DNA of 27,703 nt from a virus (Duplodnaviria; Caudoviricetes), in the IMG/VR virus record IMGVR_UViG_3300022752_000311, positions 1-27,703 of that record; one strand, 5' to 3'. The first letter of the stretch is position 1, and each line of letters starts with the position of its first letter. This document shows positions 7,707 to 16,947 of this stretch, piece after piece. The notes under the pieces were generated by a model. It made no database searches, was not told where the DNA came from, and worked only from the letters and a program-made list of their open reading frames with translations. Position numbers and translations under genes: made by a program.

Positions 7707-7951
7707 GACAAATCCGACTTGCTAAATCCAAATCTTTCAATGGTACTTAGGTCTTCAACGTCTTCCCATATAGGCTCAATCACCGGACCATCGTATCCAG
7801 GCTCTCCGTAGCTTTCCGGGTAGACCGCTACATTTTGCCGACGAACCATGCTGCCACGCAAAAAATCAATGAATTGTGCGTGTTCTGGCGTACCTTTGAT
7901 TGAGTCAAGATCTTCACGAGTGTTGATAATTGTTTTTAGTAGTGCTGCCAT
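7703..7951 (-). CDS. Hypothetical protein, 82 aa (INTREDLD...DLSTIERFGF)
   Basis: GAGGTG SD, ATG at 7951, ATGA-coupled to the next gene. Confidence 0.8.
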   Translation of the reverse strand: MAALLKTIINTREDLDSIKGTPEHAQFIDFLRGSMVRRQNVAVYPESYGEPGYDGPVIEPIWEDVEDLSTIERFGFSKSDLS

Positions 7952-7959
7952 ATTGCACC

Positions 7960-10776
7960 TCAATCAAGAATCAAATGGTCACAAACGCCACGAGCGGATA
8001 TAACATTAGATGTAGTGCTTGCATCAACATTCCAAATTGAACTGCGTGACCCAGAGTCTGTTCCGACGGAATAAGCTCCTCCAAATCGAGAGCTAAATGC
8101 TAGTTGATATGTTGATCCCCTGCCGCCCGTGTTAGCCACAAATGATGCGGCATTAGCCCCGCCTCCAAAATCTGCGCCCCATACCCACATATTCCCAGTT
8201 GCAAGCATCACGCCCCACTTGGATGTGTAAGCGTTGCGAAGAATTGTTGATATTGGATCTGTGCCGCCTGCACTTGCTTCGGTTGTGCCATATGCTAGAG
8301 CAGCAAACTCGTCATAAACAGGTGACCGTTTTCCATATGATCGCAAAACCTCGTTGGCTTGCCACCAGTTCATTGAACTGTAAGCTGTAGACCCATTCCC
8401 ACCAAACTTTGTAGGAATTTTAGGAGGAGAAGAGCCATCAGCAATCGTTACGTTATATGCCGATGTTCCATTAGTAATATAATTAACTCCAAGCAAATAA
8501 ATATCTGCCCAAAACGAATCAGCAACCAAAGTCATCCCACGAGGATCGGGGCATGCGGGTCGAAACTTCAAATCCCAAAATGAATATTCGTTGATTGCTG
8601 GCGTTGTATTGCCGCCCGATGTGCCAGTTGCATTACCCCCAGGAGCGTAGTGAAAGCCGCCGATACGTCGCCAATTACCCGCACTAGGCGCAGCCGAATA
8701 ATTAGATGTTGCCTCAATCGTGGCGTCATCCTTTACCCAAATTGCATAATCTGTACCAGCCGTTAAGGTAGGCATCGTGATTGACGTAGCGCTTGAAAAT
8801 GTTACTGTCGTGCCACCAACCTCAATGCGTGTGCCTGCTTTGATTTGCGCCGTACCTGCTCCGGTTTTCGTAAACGCAACTGTCGATGAGTCGGTTTTAT
8901 AAAACAAACCGTAAGGATCACCAGTAGGGCCTGTTGGCCCTGCAGCTCCATTACTTCCTGTTGGTCCAGTGGGGCCTGCATCACCTTGTGATCCTGTCGG
9001 CCCCGTGGGTCCGACTGCTCCATTAGCACCCGTCGGTCCGGTTGGACCTGCTAGACCAGCAGATCCTTGCGCCCCAGTAGGCCCTGTAGGCCCAGTTATA
9101 CCCTGAGCACCGGTCGGACCGGTAACGCCTTGAGCGCCGGTTGGGCCGAGCTGCGTAAACATCACTTGTTGAGCCGTCAGAATGACCGAAGGCACAGCAG
9201 GACGCACAGGGTTGATTTGCCCCGGCTCCGCTAAAAGAGCGATGTTTGTATTTGTGGCCTGCCAATATAGCTCGACATAATCATTTGCCGCGACTTGCAA
9301 CATGTAGTTCCACGCTGCTACTTCTTTTGCTTGCGCCGCGCCTCCAGTGATCGTTACTTTTGTCGACGACTCAGAAATGTTCGTGCCATTCTTAGCAAAC
9401 CAGATCTCAATCGTATCTGTCCCAGATCCGGAAGTCCTGTCAATCTGAGCAGAAAACTGGATGTTATAAACACCGGCATAAGTAAAGGTTAGTCTTGAAC
9501 CGGAGACGATACTTACACCAGAGCTATTAGGATCAGTGTTATTAAGCGTGATCGCGTAAGCGGTGGTTGTGGATGCGATCGTCTGGGTCGTGTCGGAGTA
9601 GAAAGAACCCCAGTAACCGAGAGCGCCCCCGGCCCCCGTAGGCCCAGTCGGTCCGACACCCGCGGAGACATTGACAGTTACAGCATCTCCCACTGCCGTA
9701 GCCGTAACACCTGTTCCGACAAAATCAAAAGAAGTGACGTTCGTCGTTAACGTCGTGCCTTCATCTTTAACCGTAATTGCACTACCACCTCCCCCCGCCG
9801 GGCCCGTGGGGCCCTGCGCCCCAGTTGGGCCCTGACTGCCGGTAGGCCCGGTGATAGACAAACCTTGCGGCCCTGTTGGACCCTGACTGCCGGTAGGCCC
9901 GGTGATGGATAAACCCTGCGGCCCTGTTGGACCCTGACTGCCGGTAGGCCCGGTGATGGATAAACCCTGCGGCCCCGTTGGGCCCGGAACCGTGGAAGCT
10001 GCGCCAGTAGGCCCCTGTTCACCCGTCGGGCCAGTAATCGACAAGCCCTGCGGGCCCGTAGGCCCCGGAACTGTAGAAGCCGCACCCGTTGGTCCTTGCT
10101 CGCCCGTCGGTCCGGTGATGGATAAGCCTTGCGGGCCGGTGGGGCCCGGTACAGTTGAAGCCGCGCCCGTAGGTCCAGTTGGTCCAGACGCTCCTGCATC
10201 ACCAGTGGGTCCCGTTGGTCCCGCAACCGTCGAAGCGGCACCGGTCGGGCCAGTAGGGCCAGACGCTCCATTTGCACCGGTCGGGCCAGTGGGTCCCGCA
10301 ACCGTTGAGGCTGCGCCAGTAGGTCCATTTCCTCCGGTGGGTCCTGTAGGCCCTTGTACTGTAGACGCTGCACCAGTGGGGCCGGTAGGGCCGCTGCCAC
10401 CGGTTGGGCCTGTCGGTCCAGCCACAGAAGATGCAGCGCCAGTAGCACCCGTTGGGCCGGTTATAGATTGTCCTGTTGGGCCTGTAGGTCCAGTCGGCCC
10501 GACAAATTGCCCCGCGTCTACCCACGCAGATCCGCTCCATATATACAGATGCCCGTTGGAGGAGACAATGTAAGCATCGCCTGGGTTATTTCCCACCGCC
10601 GGAAGATCGCCGACGGTCGCAACCGAGCCTTTTAACACAATCCCCGCGCCAGCAGGCCCAGTTGGGCCATACGGTCCAGTGGGGCCGACAATCCCTTGGT
10701 CAATAGTCAGAGTGATCTGATTGTTTTGCTCGACTGTCAAAGAAATGTCGTTTTCAGTAACGACATTCACGCTCAA
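7960..10776 (-). CDS. Collagen-like (GPT repeat) fibre with an internal C1q/BclA-CTD-like domain and a C-terminal Mtd-like receptor-binding domain
   Basis: About 50 GPT triplets. The last ~315 aa match BPP-1 Mtd as recalled: [68 protein letters not shown](D/E). Confidence 0.9.
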   Translation of the reverse strand: MSVNVVTENDISLTVEQNNQITLTIDQGIVGPTGPYGPTGPAGAGIVLKGSVATVGDLPAVGNNPGDAYIVSSNGHLYIWSGSAWVDAGQFVGPTGPTGPTGQSITGPTGATGAASSVAGPTGPTGGSGPTGPTGAASTVQGPTGPTGGNGPTGAASTVAGPTGPTGANGASGPTGPTGAASTVAGPTGPTGDAGASGPTGPTGAASTVPGPTGPQGLSITGPTGEQGPTGAASTVPGPTGPQGLSITGPTGEQGPTGAASTVPGPTGPQGLSITGPTGSQGPTGPQGLSITGPTGSQGPTGPQGLSITGPTGSQGPTGAQGPTGPAGGGGSAITVKDEGTTLTTNVTSFDFVGTGVTATAVGDAVTVNVSAGVGPTGPTGAGGALGYWGSFYSDTTQTIASTTTAYAITLNNTDPNSSGVSIVSGSRLTFTYAGVYNIQFSAQIDRTSGSGTDTIEIWFAKNGTNISESSTKVTITGGAAQAKEVAAWNYMLQVAANDYVELYWQATNTNIALLAEPGQINPVRPAVPSVILTAQQVMFTQLGPTGAQGVTGPTGAQGITGPTGPTGAQGSAGLAGPTGPTGANGAVGPTGPTGSQGDAGPTGPTGSNGAAGPTGPTGDPYGLFYKTDSSTVAFTKTGAGTAQIKAGTRIEVGGTTVTFSSATSITMPTLTAGTDYAIWVKDDATIEATSNYSAAPSAGNWRRIGGFHYAPGGNATGTSGGNTTPAINEYSFWDLKFRPACPDPRGMTLVADSFWADIYLLGVNYITNGTSAYNVTIADGSSPPKIPTKFGGNGSTAYSSMNWWQANEVLRSYGKRSPVYDEFAALAYGTTEASAGGTDPISTILRNAYTSKWGVMLATGNMWVWGADFGGGANAASFVANTGGRGSTYQLAFSSRFGGAYSVGTDSGSRSSIWNVDASTTSNVISARGVCDHLILD
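9830..9980. repeat. Three tandem 51-bp repeats encoding [17 protein letters not shown]
   Basis: CCCTGACTGCCGGTAGGCCCGGTGAT begins at 9830, 9881 and 9932. Confidence 0.95.
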
Positions 10777-11255
10777 TTGATCACCCCATTTGATCTAACT
10801 AAAAACAGCAAAAAGATAATTAAATCTTGAGCTGGGGTTGATCCATTGGCAGGAATCGCAACTGTAATGTTTCCCGAAAAACCCGCTGGGTTTTCTGCAT
10901 TGATATCCAACTGAGTATCTGTTGAAAGAACCAACCACGTTGATTCATCTATTACCAGCGTAAAAGCTCCGGTTGAAAGACTTTGGTTTGCAATTGTTAA
11001 ATTAACAGCCGTGGGGGGAGGGCTAAAGTCTGCAATATCAAATGTCAATCCGTAACGTGAATCTTTCACGTTAGACAATTGCCGACGAATAATTTGGCTA
11101 GTAATGGTTGCGCCTGTTAAATTCCTTGGCGTTCCATCTGCATTATTGAGCGTAATATTCCAGTAAGTTTTTTGGTTATAAACCAACTCACCAGCAATAA
11201 TTTGATTGTTGAACCCGCTAACCTGTGTCAACGTATTCTTATTAAAGACCGCCAC
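10773..11255 (-). CDS. Putative fibre adaptor / BppU-N-like virion protein
   Basis: [16 protein letters not shown] motif, beta-rich, GTGA-coupled to the collagen fibre gene; GAGGG SD before the GTG start. Confidence 0.55.
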   Translation of the reverse strand: MAVFNKNTLTQVSGFNNQIIAGELVYNQKTYWNITLNNADGTPRNLTGATITSQIIRRQLSNVKDSRYGLTFDIADFSPPPTAVNLTIANQSLSTGAFTLVIDESTWLVLSTDTQLDINAENPAGFSGNITVAIPANGSTPAQDLIIFLLFLVRSNGVIN

Positions 11256-11323
11256 GTTTCCCTCACTCGGTAAATTAACGTTCGCTAAAAACTCTCAGCA
11301 GAACGATGGCTATCTTGTCTTTT

Positions 11324-12394
11324 TCAGGATTCTAACACTGCTTCTTCATAAAAAGCTAGATTGCTTTTCAACCGCTGGTCATCCGGAGATAATTTCACCG
11401 CTTGCTGACCATACCGAATCGCATCATCTTTCAAGCCTAAATGATGAGCAGAGATTGCCGCCAAATCATACGGTTTCGAGGTCCAAACGTCAGGGTCGCA
11501 CGTATAAACCAATTCACGATCTACAATACTAAGTGCCATTGTAGCGGCATGGTGGCATTCTTTCCACAAATGTTTAGCGTAACAAGACATCGCAAAATCA
11601 ACCCAAGGCTCTCTAGTGCCTGGAGCTTCAGCAATAGCCATGCGATACCACTTTAGAGCTTGCCAGTAATTTTGTTTTGCGTCGTAAGATTTACCTAAAA
11701 GCCTCATCGCGTAACATCGTTCATTCGCCCAGGTCGCTTCCGGCATCTTCAAATAAGCGTTTAAAGCCTCTATAGCCTCATCCCAAAGACTGTAGAAGGT
11801 TAGCTCTCGAGCAAAGTAAAAAGCGTTTCTAGGGCATCTAGAATCCTCTTTAACAGCCATTCTGAGGAGGTCGAGATATTGCCCTCGCGACTTAGTAGGA
11901 TCGGGGTGATGAGAGACTAAGAGTTTGTCGGTGTAAGCGTAGACTTCTTGAATACGGAGATCGGGTACGGGATATTCATGCACCGGATGATGCCAACGAT
12001 ATCCATTTCTATGATGGATCTTTTCATAATAAAAAAGAATGTCATGCCCCCAATTGAATTTATATCTCAATCGAGTCGTTTCGGGCCTCCAGACGCTTTC
12101 TATTTCATCGCGCCATCCCGGCTCTAAAACCTCATCAAGATCTAGGGAAATACAAACATCGTAGTCACCGGGGATAAGACATAAAGCAGTGTCTCGCGCC
12201 ATATCAAAACGCCACGGCTTAACAGATATATCGTAGACGGTAGCGCCGCATTCTCTGGCTAGGCTTGCAGTGTTGTCTGTTGACCCAGTATCGGCTATCA
12301 GGATTAGGTCAGCATCTTTGGCTGATTCGCAGAATCGTTTGACAAATTGCTCTTCGTTTTTAGAGATCGCATAAACGCAAATTTTCAGTGACAT
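11324..12394 (-). CDS. Glycosyltransferase family 2 with C-terminal TPR repeats
   Basis: ICVYAISKNEE, ADTGSTD.T, F..ARD.AL, DLDE (DxD), W..PVHE; helical TPR-like C-terminal half. Confidence 0.9.
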   Translation of the reverse strand: MSLKICVYAISKNEEQFVKRFCESAKDADLILIADTGSTDNTASLARECGATVYDISVKPWRFDMARDTALCLIPGDYDVCISLDLDEVLEPGWRDEIESVWRPETTRLRYKFNWGHDILFYYEKIHHRNGYRWHHPVHEYPVPDLRIQEVYAYTDKLLVSHHPDPTKSRGQYLDLLRMAVKEDSRCPRNAFYFARELTFYSLWDEAIEALNAYLKMPEATWANERCYAMRLLGKSYDAKQNYWQALKWYRMAIAEAPGTREPWVDFAMSCYAKHLWKECHHAATMALSIVDRELVYTCDPDVWTSKPYDLAAISAHHLGLKDDAIRYGQQAVKLSPDDQRLKSNLAFYEEAVLES

Positions 12395-12475
12395 GTCTAA
12401 CCGATGTATTCAATATAAATCACACCGCCAACGCCGCCAATGTACTCACAGGGCACGGCATTGTCTTGTCTTGTT

Positions 12476-12874
12476 TTATGGCGTCTGCGGCCAGACAACG
12501 GTTTGAGGGAACCCGGCTTGACCAGTAAGGTCGCGCAGTGCTTTGCGATAGGTCGCCCATTCAGCCCGTTTGCTTGCAAGCATAGGCGCGTCAGGAATTT
12601 GCGTCCAGTCAGTTTCGGCCAAAAGCCGGTTGCGCTCAACCCTTGCCGCGCCAGCCATAGCCGCCAAGGAAATTTCAGCCGCCGGGGGCATTGCCTGAAC
12701 AGTCACCACCCCGTCAGCAATATCGGCCATCAACGCCTCCCAATGCGCCGGAGTTCCCGTCATGTCAATTCCAAAGGGATGGATGCCATGCGCAGCTTGC
12801 GCTGACGTTCTGTCAACATTAAGCCATGTAATCGGTGCCTCAATATCAATCCCAAGTTCTTTCAATCTGCTCAT
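12476..12874 (-). CDS. Tail fibre assembly chaperone
   Basis: R.ERNRLLAETDWTQ.PDAP...WATYRKALRDL..Q.GFP..V.WP signature; ATG 12874 overlaps the upstream TGA. Confidence 0.85.
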   Translation of the reverse strand: MSRLKELGIDIEAPITWLNVDRTSAQAAHGIHPFGIDMTGTPAHWEALMADIADGVVTVQAMPPAAEISLAAMAGAARVERNRLLAETDWTQIPDAPMLASKRAEWATYRKALRDLTGQAGFPQTVVWPQTP

Positions 12875-13620
12875 CACAAGAATCTCCAAGCAAAACCCCA
12901 ACCGTTAACGTAAACACCAATGTCAGGCAAGGTTGTGCCGCCCGCATTGATTCCTGATGCTACTCCGCCCCCGCTACCCCAAAACCAAGCCCAAGTGCCT
13001 CCACCCGGTAAGGTGTTGTTGTAAATGAGGCCAGCCAGCGTCACCCAACCAAGGGAAGGGCGTGCTGCGGCATATTCATTGGAGCTTTGCAAAAATACAG
13101 CATCTGCGGTAATACCCAAAAACCCTGTGTCAGCGTTGTTTCTGAATTCAAACCTGCTAGTTGGTCCATAAAATTTCAAAATTCCTGCCGCAGCACTGAC
13201 TGGCGCGTGAAAACCAATTCCGGGCACATTGTCTCCTTGCACAAGAATTTGTCTGTTGTTCCAATCGCTGCTGTCTCTACCTGCTGAAATGAACCTGCCT
13301 TGTGCGTTGGCGTTAATGTTTGCGCTGAAGGTCTGAGCAGTTGAAAACGTCTTGCTGCCGGTGATGGTTTGCGCTGTATCAAGCGTCACGCCGTTTGTCA
13401 CGGTTGCGGCGTTGCCCGAAATGCTGATGGGCCAAGTTCCTGTCGCGCTTTCACCATCTCGTCCGGGGACGTTCAAGTTGGTTCTTGCTGCACCTGCTGA
13501 GGATGCTCCTGTGCCACCATTGAGAACCGGAACCGCGTTCACCAAGCCGTCAGTAGCGTCCACGCGCCCCGTGGAATCAAGATTGTTTGCCAGTTGTGAA
13601 AGGTTGAATGCCTGTGTCAT
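12874..13620 (-). CDS. Tail fibre protein, 248 aa
   Basis: NGGTGASSA..ARTNL, GTWPISISGNAAT and AQTITGSKTFS fibre motifs; followed by a chaperone gene. Confidence 0.8.
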   Translation of the reverse strand: MTQAFNLSQLANNLDSTGRVDATDGLVNAVPVLNGGTGASSAGAARTNLNVPGRDGESATGTWPISISGNAATVTNGVTLDTAQTITGSKTFSTAQTFSANINANAQGRFISAGRDSSDWNNRQILVQGDNVPGIGFHAPVSAAAGILKFYGPTSRFEFRNNADTGFLGITADAVFLQSSNEYAAARPSLGWVTLAGLIYNNTLPGGGTWAWFWGSGGGVASGINAGGTTLPDIGVYVNGWGFAWRFL

Positions 13621-13629
13621 GTTTTTCCT

Positions 13630-16600
13630 TTATGCCGCGTCAATTCTGGCGAATGTTTGCTGGTTAAGCAAGGTGAAGTTGTTGTTGAACGCCGTGACTA
13701 AGTTATAACCCGCAGATGTGGCCGTATAATCCGCCGCCGCGCCTTTGGAAAGCAATGCACCGTTGGCGTAGATTTCCACTGACAGCGGGTTGTTGGGGAA
13801 CACGTAAGACGAGACCCCTGCGGCAGAGTAAGCAACGTTGTTGGTCACGTTGGAAGCCGGGACGCCAAAGTTGTTTTCACTGTACGCAATGATGGTCAGT
13901 TTTCCCGTCACTGGCGCAGGGAACCCGCCGATTGTTGTGTCTGTCAGGTCATAGTCAACCTCACTGATTTGTGCGCCATTGATGTAAATTGATTCAAAGC
14001 CGTTGCGCACCGTAAACTGTGTTGGGGTGTAGCTGTTTGCCGCCGTCAAATCAACCGTCCAGCGGCTGAATGGACGGTACGCCGCACCCGCCGCCCGTTT
14101 GCGGAAAATCTGCAAGCCCGCCGTTGCGCCGGAAATTGTCGCGCCAAATGTGATGACCTTGGTTGCCGGGTTGACCGCTGACACGGCAAATGACGTCACG
14201 GTATCTGTTGGTGCGGGTTGAGCGGCCGCAAAGCACAACTGGTCGCCAACTTCAATGATTTGGTCTGGCCCCGCCAAATAGGTCACTGTGTTGGTGGTGC
14301 TGCTTGCAATACTTGTGGTCAGCGGCTCATAGTATTGATTGGTGCTGACTGCCCTCATGTTGATGATTTCAACAATCTCGCCAGCCGCGCAAGCAACAGT
14401 CATCACAACAGTTGTGGTTGTCTCGGTGTACTCAGAGGTGTCCAGCAATACGCCATCACGGAACACAAGGACGTTTCCAACAACGTGCGTCACGGCAAAG
14501 CTGGTTTGCCCTGCTGTCGCCGTAAAGCTGTTGTCCGTGTAGTAGAACGAATCAGGCTCAGTGAATCCCACCACGCGTCCATACACGTCAATGGTCAGCG
14601 TTGCCGCGTTAAATGTTTTGCTGTACACGCCGTTGCCAAAGTTCAAGAATTTCTGCAATGACACCACCATAGAACCAGAGGTGTTGTTTGTGACGCTCAA
14701 CAAGCCGTCAGCACTGCTGATTGCGGTTGTCCCGGCTTTGGTCAACTGACCTGACCGCGCATCAAGGTCAATGTAGTTTTGTCCATCTTCAAGCGCACCC
14801 CAAATTGACGTGTCATACAACGATGTTTCGGACGGCACAAACGCTCCGCCCAAGTTGCTGAATCCCGCGTTGCCAACAGCGATGCTGACCTTGCGATCAC
14901 CACGGCTCGCAAACAGCAAGTAATTCTCAGCGCCAAAGGTTCCGGCATACCACGTGTATTGCGTTGGGTCGTTGCTTGTGTTGGCTGTTGTTGCGTTCAG
15001 CAAGCCAAAGTAGGTTTTGCCACGCGGGTTGAAGCTGAACCCCGCTGTGCCCGTTGCGTTTGTTGCGTATGCAACCGCAATCCAGCGGTTTGTGTATTGG
15101 TAGGTTGTGGGACGCCAAGCAAACACTGAGGATGCGGCCGAAAACGGGCTGCTGCCAAGGGCGTTGATGTACCTGACAAAAAAGTACCAGTTGCCCTGCG
15201 GCACTGTGCTGATTTGAACCGTGCCCATTGAGGCGTTGGGCGCATACGGATTGCCGTTGGCGTTGATGGCCGTTGTTCCGGCAAACATCATTTGCGTTGT
15301 TGTTGGGTACTGGAACGCGCTGTAATACACCTCAGCGTACTGCACGATGCCGCTGCTTGAGCAGGTCACGGCCACGTCAAAACTTGGAATGGCCGCGTTG
15401 ACTTGAATGTTTGTGATTGTTGGCGCGTACAGCGTACCAAACGTCAATGGCGAACCAATGCCGCTGTTTGGTGCTGGCGTGAACTGAGTGATGTTCATGT
15501 CATCAAACACCGCCGGGTTGTATTCACCAAGCGACAAAGACGCCGTGATTTGCCCATCGTCACTGAAGTTCTCAACCACTTGATTGATGCGGAACACTTT
15601 TGCGGCCCAACCGTAATTGGAGTTGGTCACGGTCACAACGTCACCGGCTTCAAGCTGAATTCCAACGTAGTTGATGACCACTTTGAGTTGCAAGTCTTCA
15701 CGCGCCGCCTCAAGGCAACGGTTGGCAATGTACTGCGCCCGAACGCTGTTGTTCACCAGCGGCAAGCTGACTGTTTGCTTGTTCACCGGCTCGTTGGGGT
15801 ACATCAGCGCAGGGTTCACGATTGACAAATCAAACGTGGCGGAATTGAAGGTGTCCTTGGACGAACCGTCAGGAAATTTCACCTCAATGATGTTGTAGCT
15901 TGAGGCAAGGTCAATAGGCGTCACTTGAATGGAAGACACCATATTGCTGTCGTTGACGTCCATCACTGCCGTGTATGTCGGCTGCTGAACGATGACGCCC
16001 CATTTGCCGTTGATTTCGTTGTATTTGATGAGGCAGTCACAGCACGTTGACAGTGATTGCAGGTTTGCCATCACGGAATTGTTCATGTCCAACATTCCGT
16101 CAAACTTGAACCGCTGTTGCGTAGCAGACCCGCCTGTGTATGTCGTGTATGTCATCAACTGCGTGCTGTATGCGTCCAATGCATTGAGTGATGTGGAATC
16201 AATCTGAGCGTCCGACAACGCTGCACCATAACGCTCTGAGCGCATAAAGTCATACAAGCACGCGCCGGGGTTTGTGCGCGAGTTGGTCAGTTGAAAACGT
16301 GTCTGCTGGATGCCGGTCAAGTTTGCGCTGACGCTGTACTGCATCTTGACGATTGCAAACGCCGCATTGGTCATTTGTTTGGACGAATCCCACTTGTACA
16401 CAAGCCCGTCTTGCTGCATGACTTCAATGGCGGATGTGGTCGTGTTCGCGCCAGAATTTGAGCCATTGCGGTACAGGTATATGAACAACTTGCCGTCAAT
16501 GTTGGTTTGCGTCTGGCCCGTGGACTCGTCAAGCAATCCAACAACCCGCGTTGTGTCGATTCCATCAAACACGCAACGCTTGCCGCCAAAATACACGCTG

Positions 16601-16947
16601 CCAAATGTGTAGGTGTCTGCCGCACCGTATTCACTCCCGGTGACTTCCGCCAAGGTCAGAACATAAAAAATTGTCTGGTTGTCGCTGGTGATGGACAAAT
16701 CGGTGACGATGCCGCCAGTGAATGCGCTTCCATAGATGACCGGCACTTTGTTGTCGCCCGCTGGCCCAACCTGCTGGTTGTTGCCGGGGTTGGAGCTTTG
16801 GTTGGCAGAATCACCTGGGCCTTTTGGCCCAAACGCTCTCGAAATAATTGCGGACGCAACAAGGTTGATCGCAAACGCCGTTGCCGCGTAAGCAAACGTG
16901 CCTGCCGTCAAATTGAAGACCGCTGCGGCAATTATTGAACCCGGCAT
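13630..16947 (-). CDS. Tail tip / central fibre protein (lambda J-like)
   Basis: VPVIYG, TNPGACLYDFM...RYGA, F.FDG.LD, QLEAGDVVTVT...GW..K.FRI, EYNPAVFD, followed by FnIII-like beta domains. Confidence 0.88.
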   Translation of the reverse strand: MPGSIIAAAVFNLTAGTFAYAATAFAINLVASAIISRAFGPKGPGDSANQSSNPGNNQQVGPAGDNKVPVIYGSAFTGGIVTDLSITSDNQTIFYVLTLAEVTGSEYGAADTYTFGSVYFGGKRCVFDGIDTTRVVGLLDESTGQTQTNIDGKLFIYLYRNGSNSGANTTTSAIEVMQQDGLVYKWDSSKQMTNAAFAIVKMQYSVSANLTGIQQTRFQLTNSRTNPGACLYDFMRSERYGAALSDAQIDSTSLNALDAYSTQLMTYTTYTGGSATQQRFKFDGMLDMNNSVMANLQSLSTCCDCLIKYNEINGKWGVIVQQPTYTAVMDVNDSNMVSSIQVTPIDLASSYNIIEVKFPDGSSKDTFNSATFDLSIVNPALMYPNEPVNKQTVSLPLVNNSVRAQYIANRCLEAAREDLQLKVVINYVGIQLEAGDVVTVTNSNYGWAAKVFRINQVVENFSDDGQITASLSLGEYNPAVFDDMNITQFTPAPNSGIGSPLTFGTLYAPTITNIQVNAAIPSFDVAVTCSSSGIVQYAEVYYSAFQYPTTTQMMFAGTTAINANGNPYAPNASMGTVQISTVPQGNWYFFVRYINALGSSPFSAASSVFAWRPTTYQYTNRWIAVAYATNATGTAGFSFNPRGKTYFGLLNATTANTSNDPTQYTWYAGTFGAENYLLFASRGDRKVSIAVGNAGFSNLGGAFVPSETSLYDTSIWGALEDGQNYIDLDARSGQLTKAGTTAISSADGLLSVTNNTSGSMVVSLQKFLNFGNGVYSKTFNAATLTIDVYGRVVGFTEPDSFYYTDNSFTATAGQTSFAVTHVVGNVLVFRDGVLLDTSEYTETTTTVVMTVACAAGEIVEIINMRAVSTNQYYEPLTTSIASSTTNTVTYLAGPDQIIEVGDQLCFAAAQPAPTDTVTSFAVSAVNPATKVITFGATISGATAGLQIFRKRAAGAAYRPFSRWTVDLTAANSYTPTQFTVRNGFESIYINGAQISEVDYDLTDTTIGGFPAPVTGKLTIIAYSENNFGVPASNVTNNVAYSAAGVSSYVFPNNPLSVEIYANGALLSKGAAADYTATSAGYNLVTAFNNNFTLLNQQTFARIDAA

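Noticed and set aside
9830-9980. Tandem repeats as a possible CRISPR or DGR repeat
   Set aside because: No spacers, the unit is a multiple of 3 and in frame with collagen, and the differences are synonymous.
9747-10635. Long alternative-frame and antisense ORFs (GPV repeats, Arg-rich)
   Set aside because: By-products of GC-rich collagen codons lacking stops; no RBS or independent signal.
12397-12639. 80-aa minus-strand ORF as a real gene
   Set aside because: It mostly overlaps the chaperone gene in another frame; only the last 13 codons look like a gene remnant.
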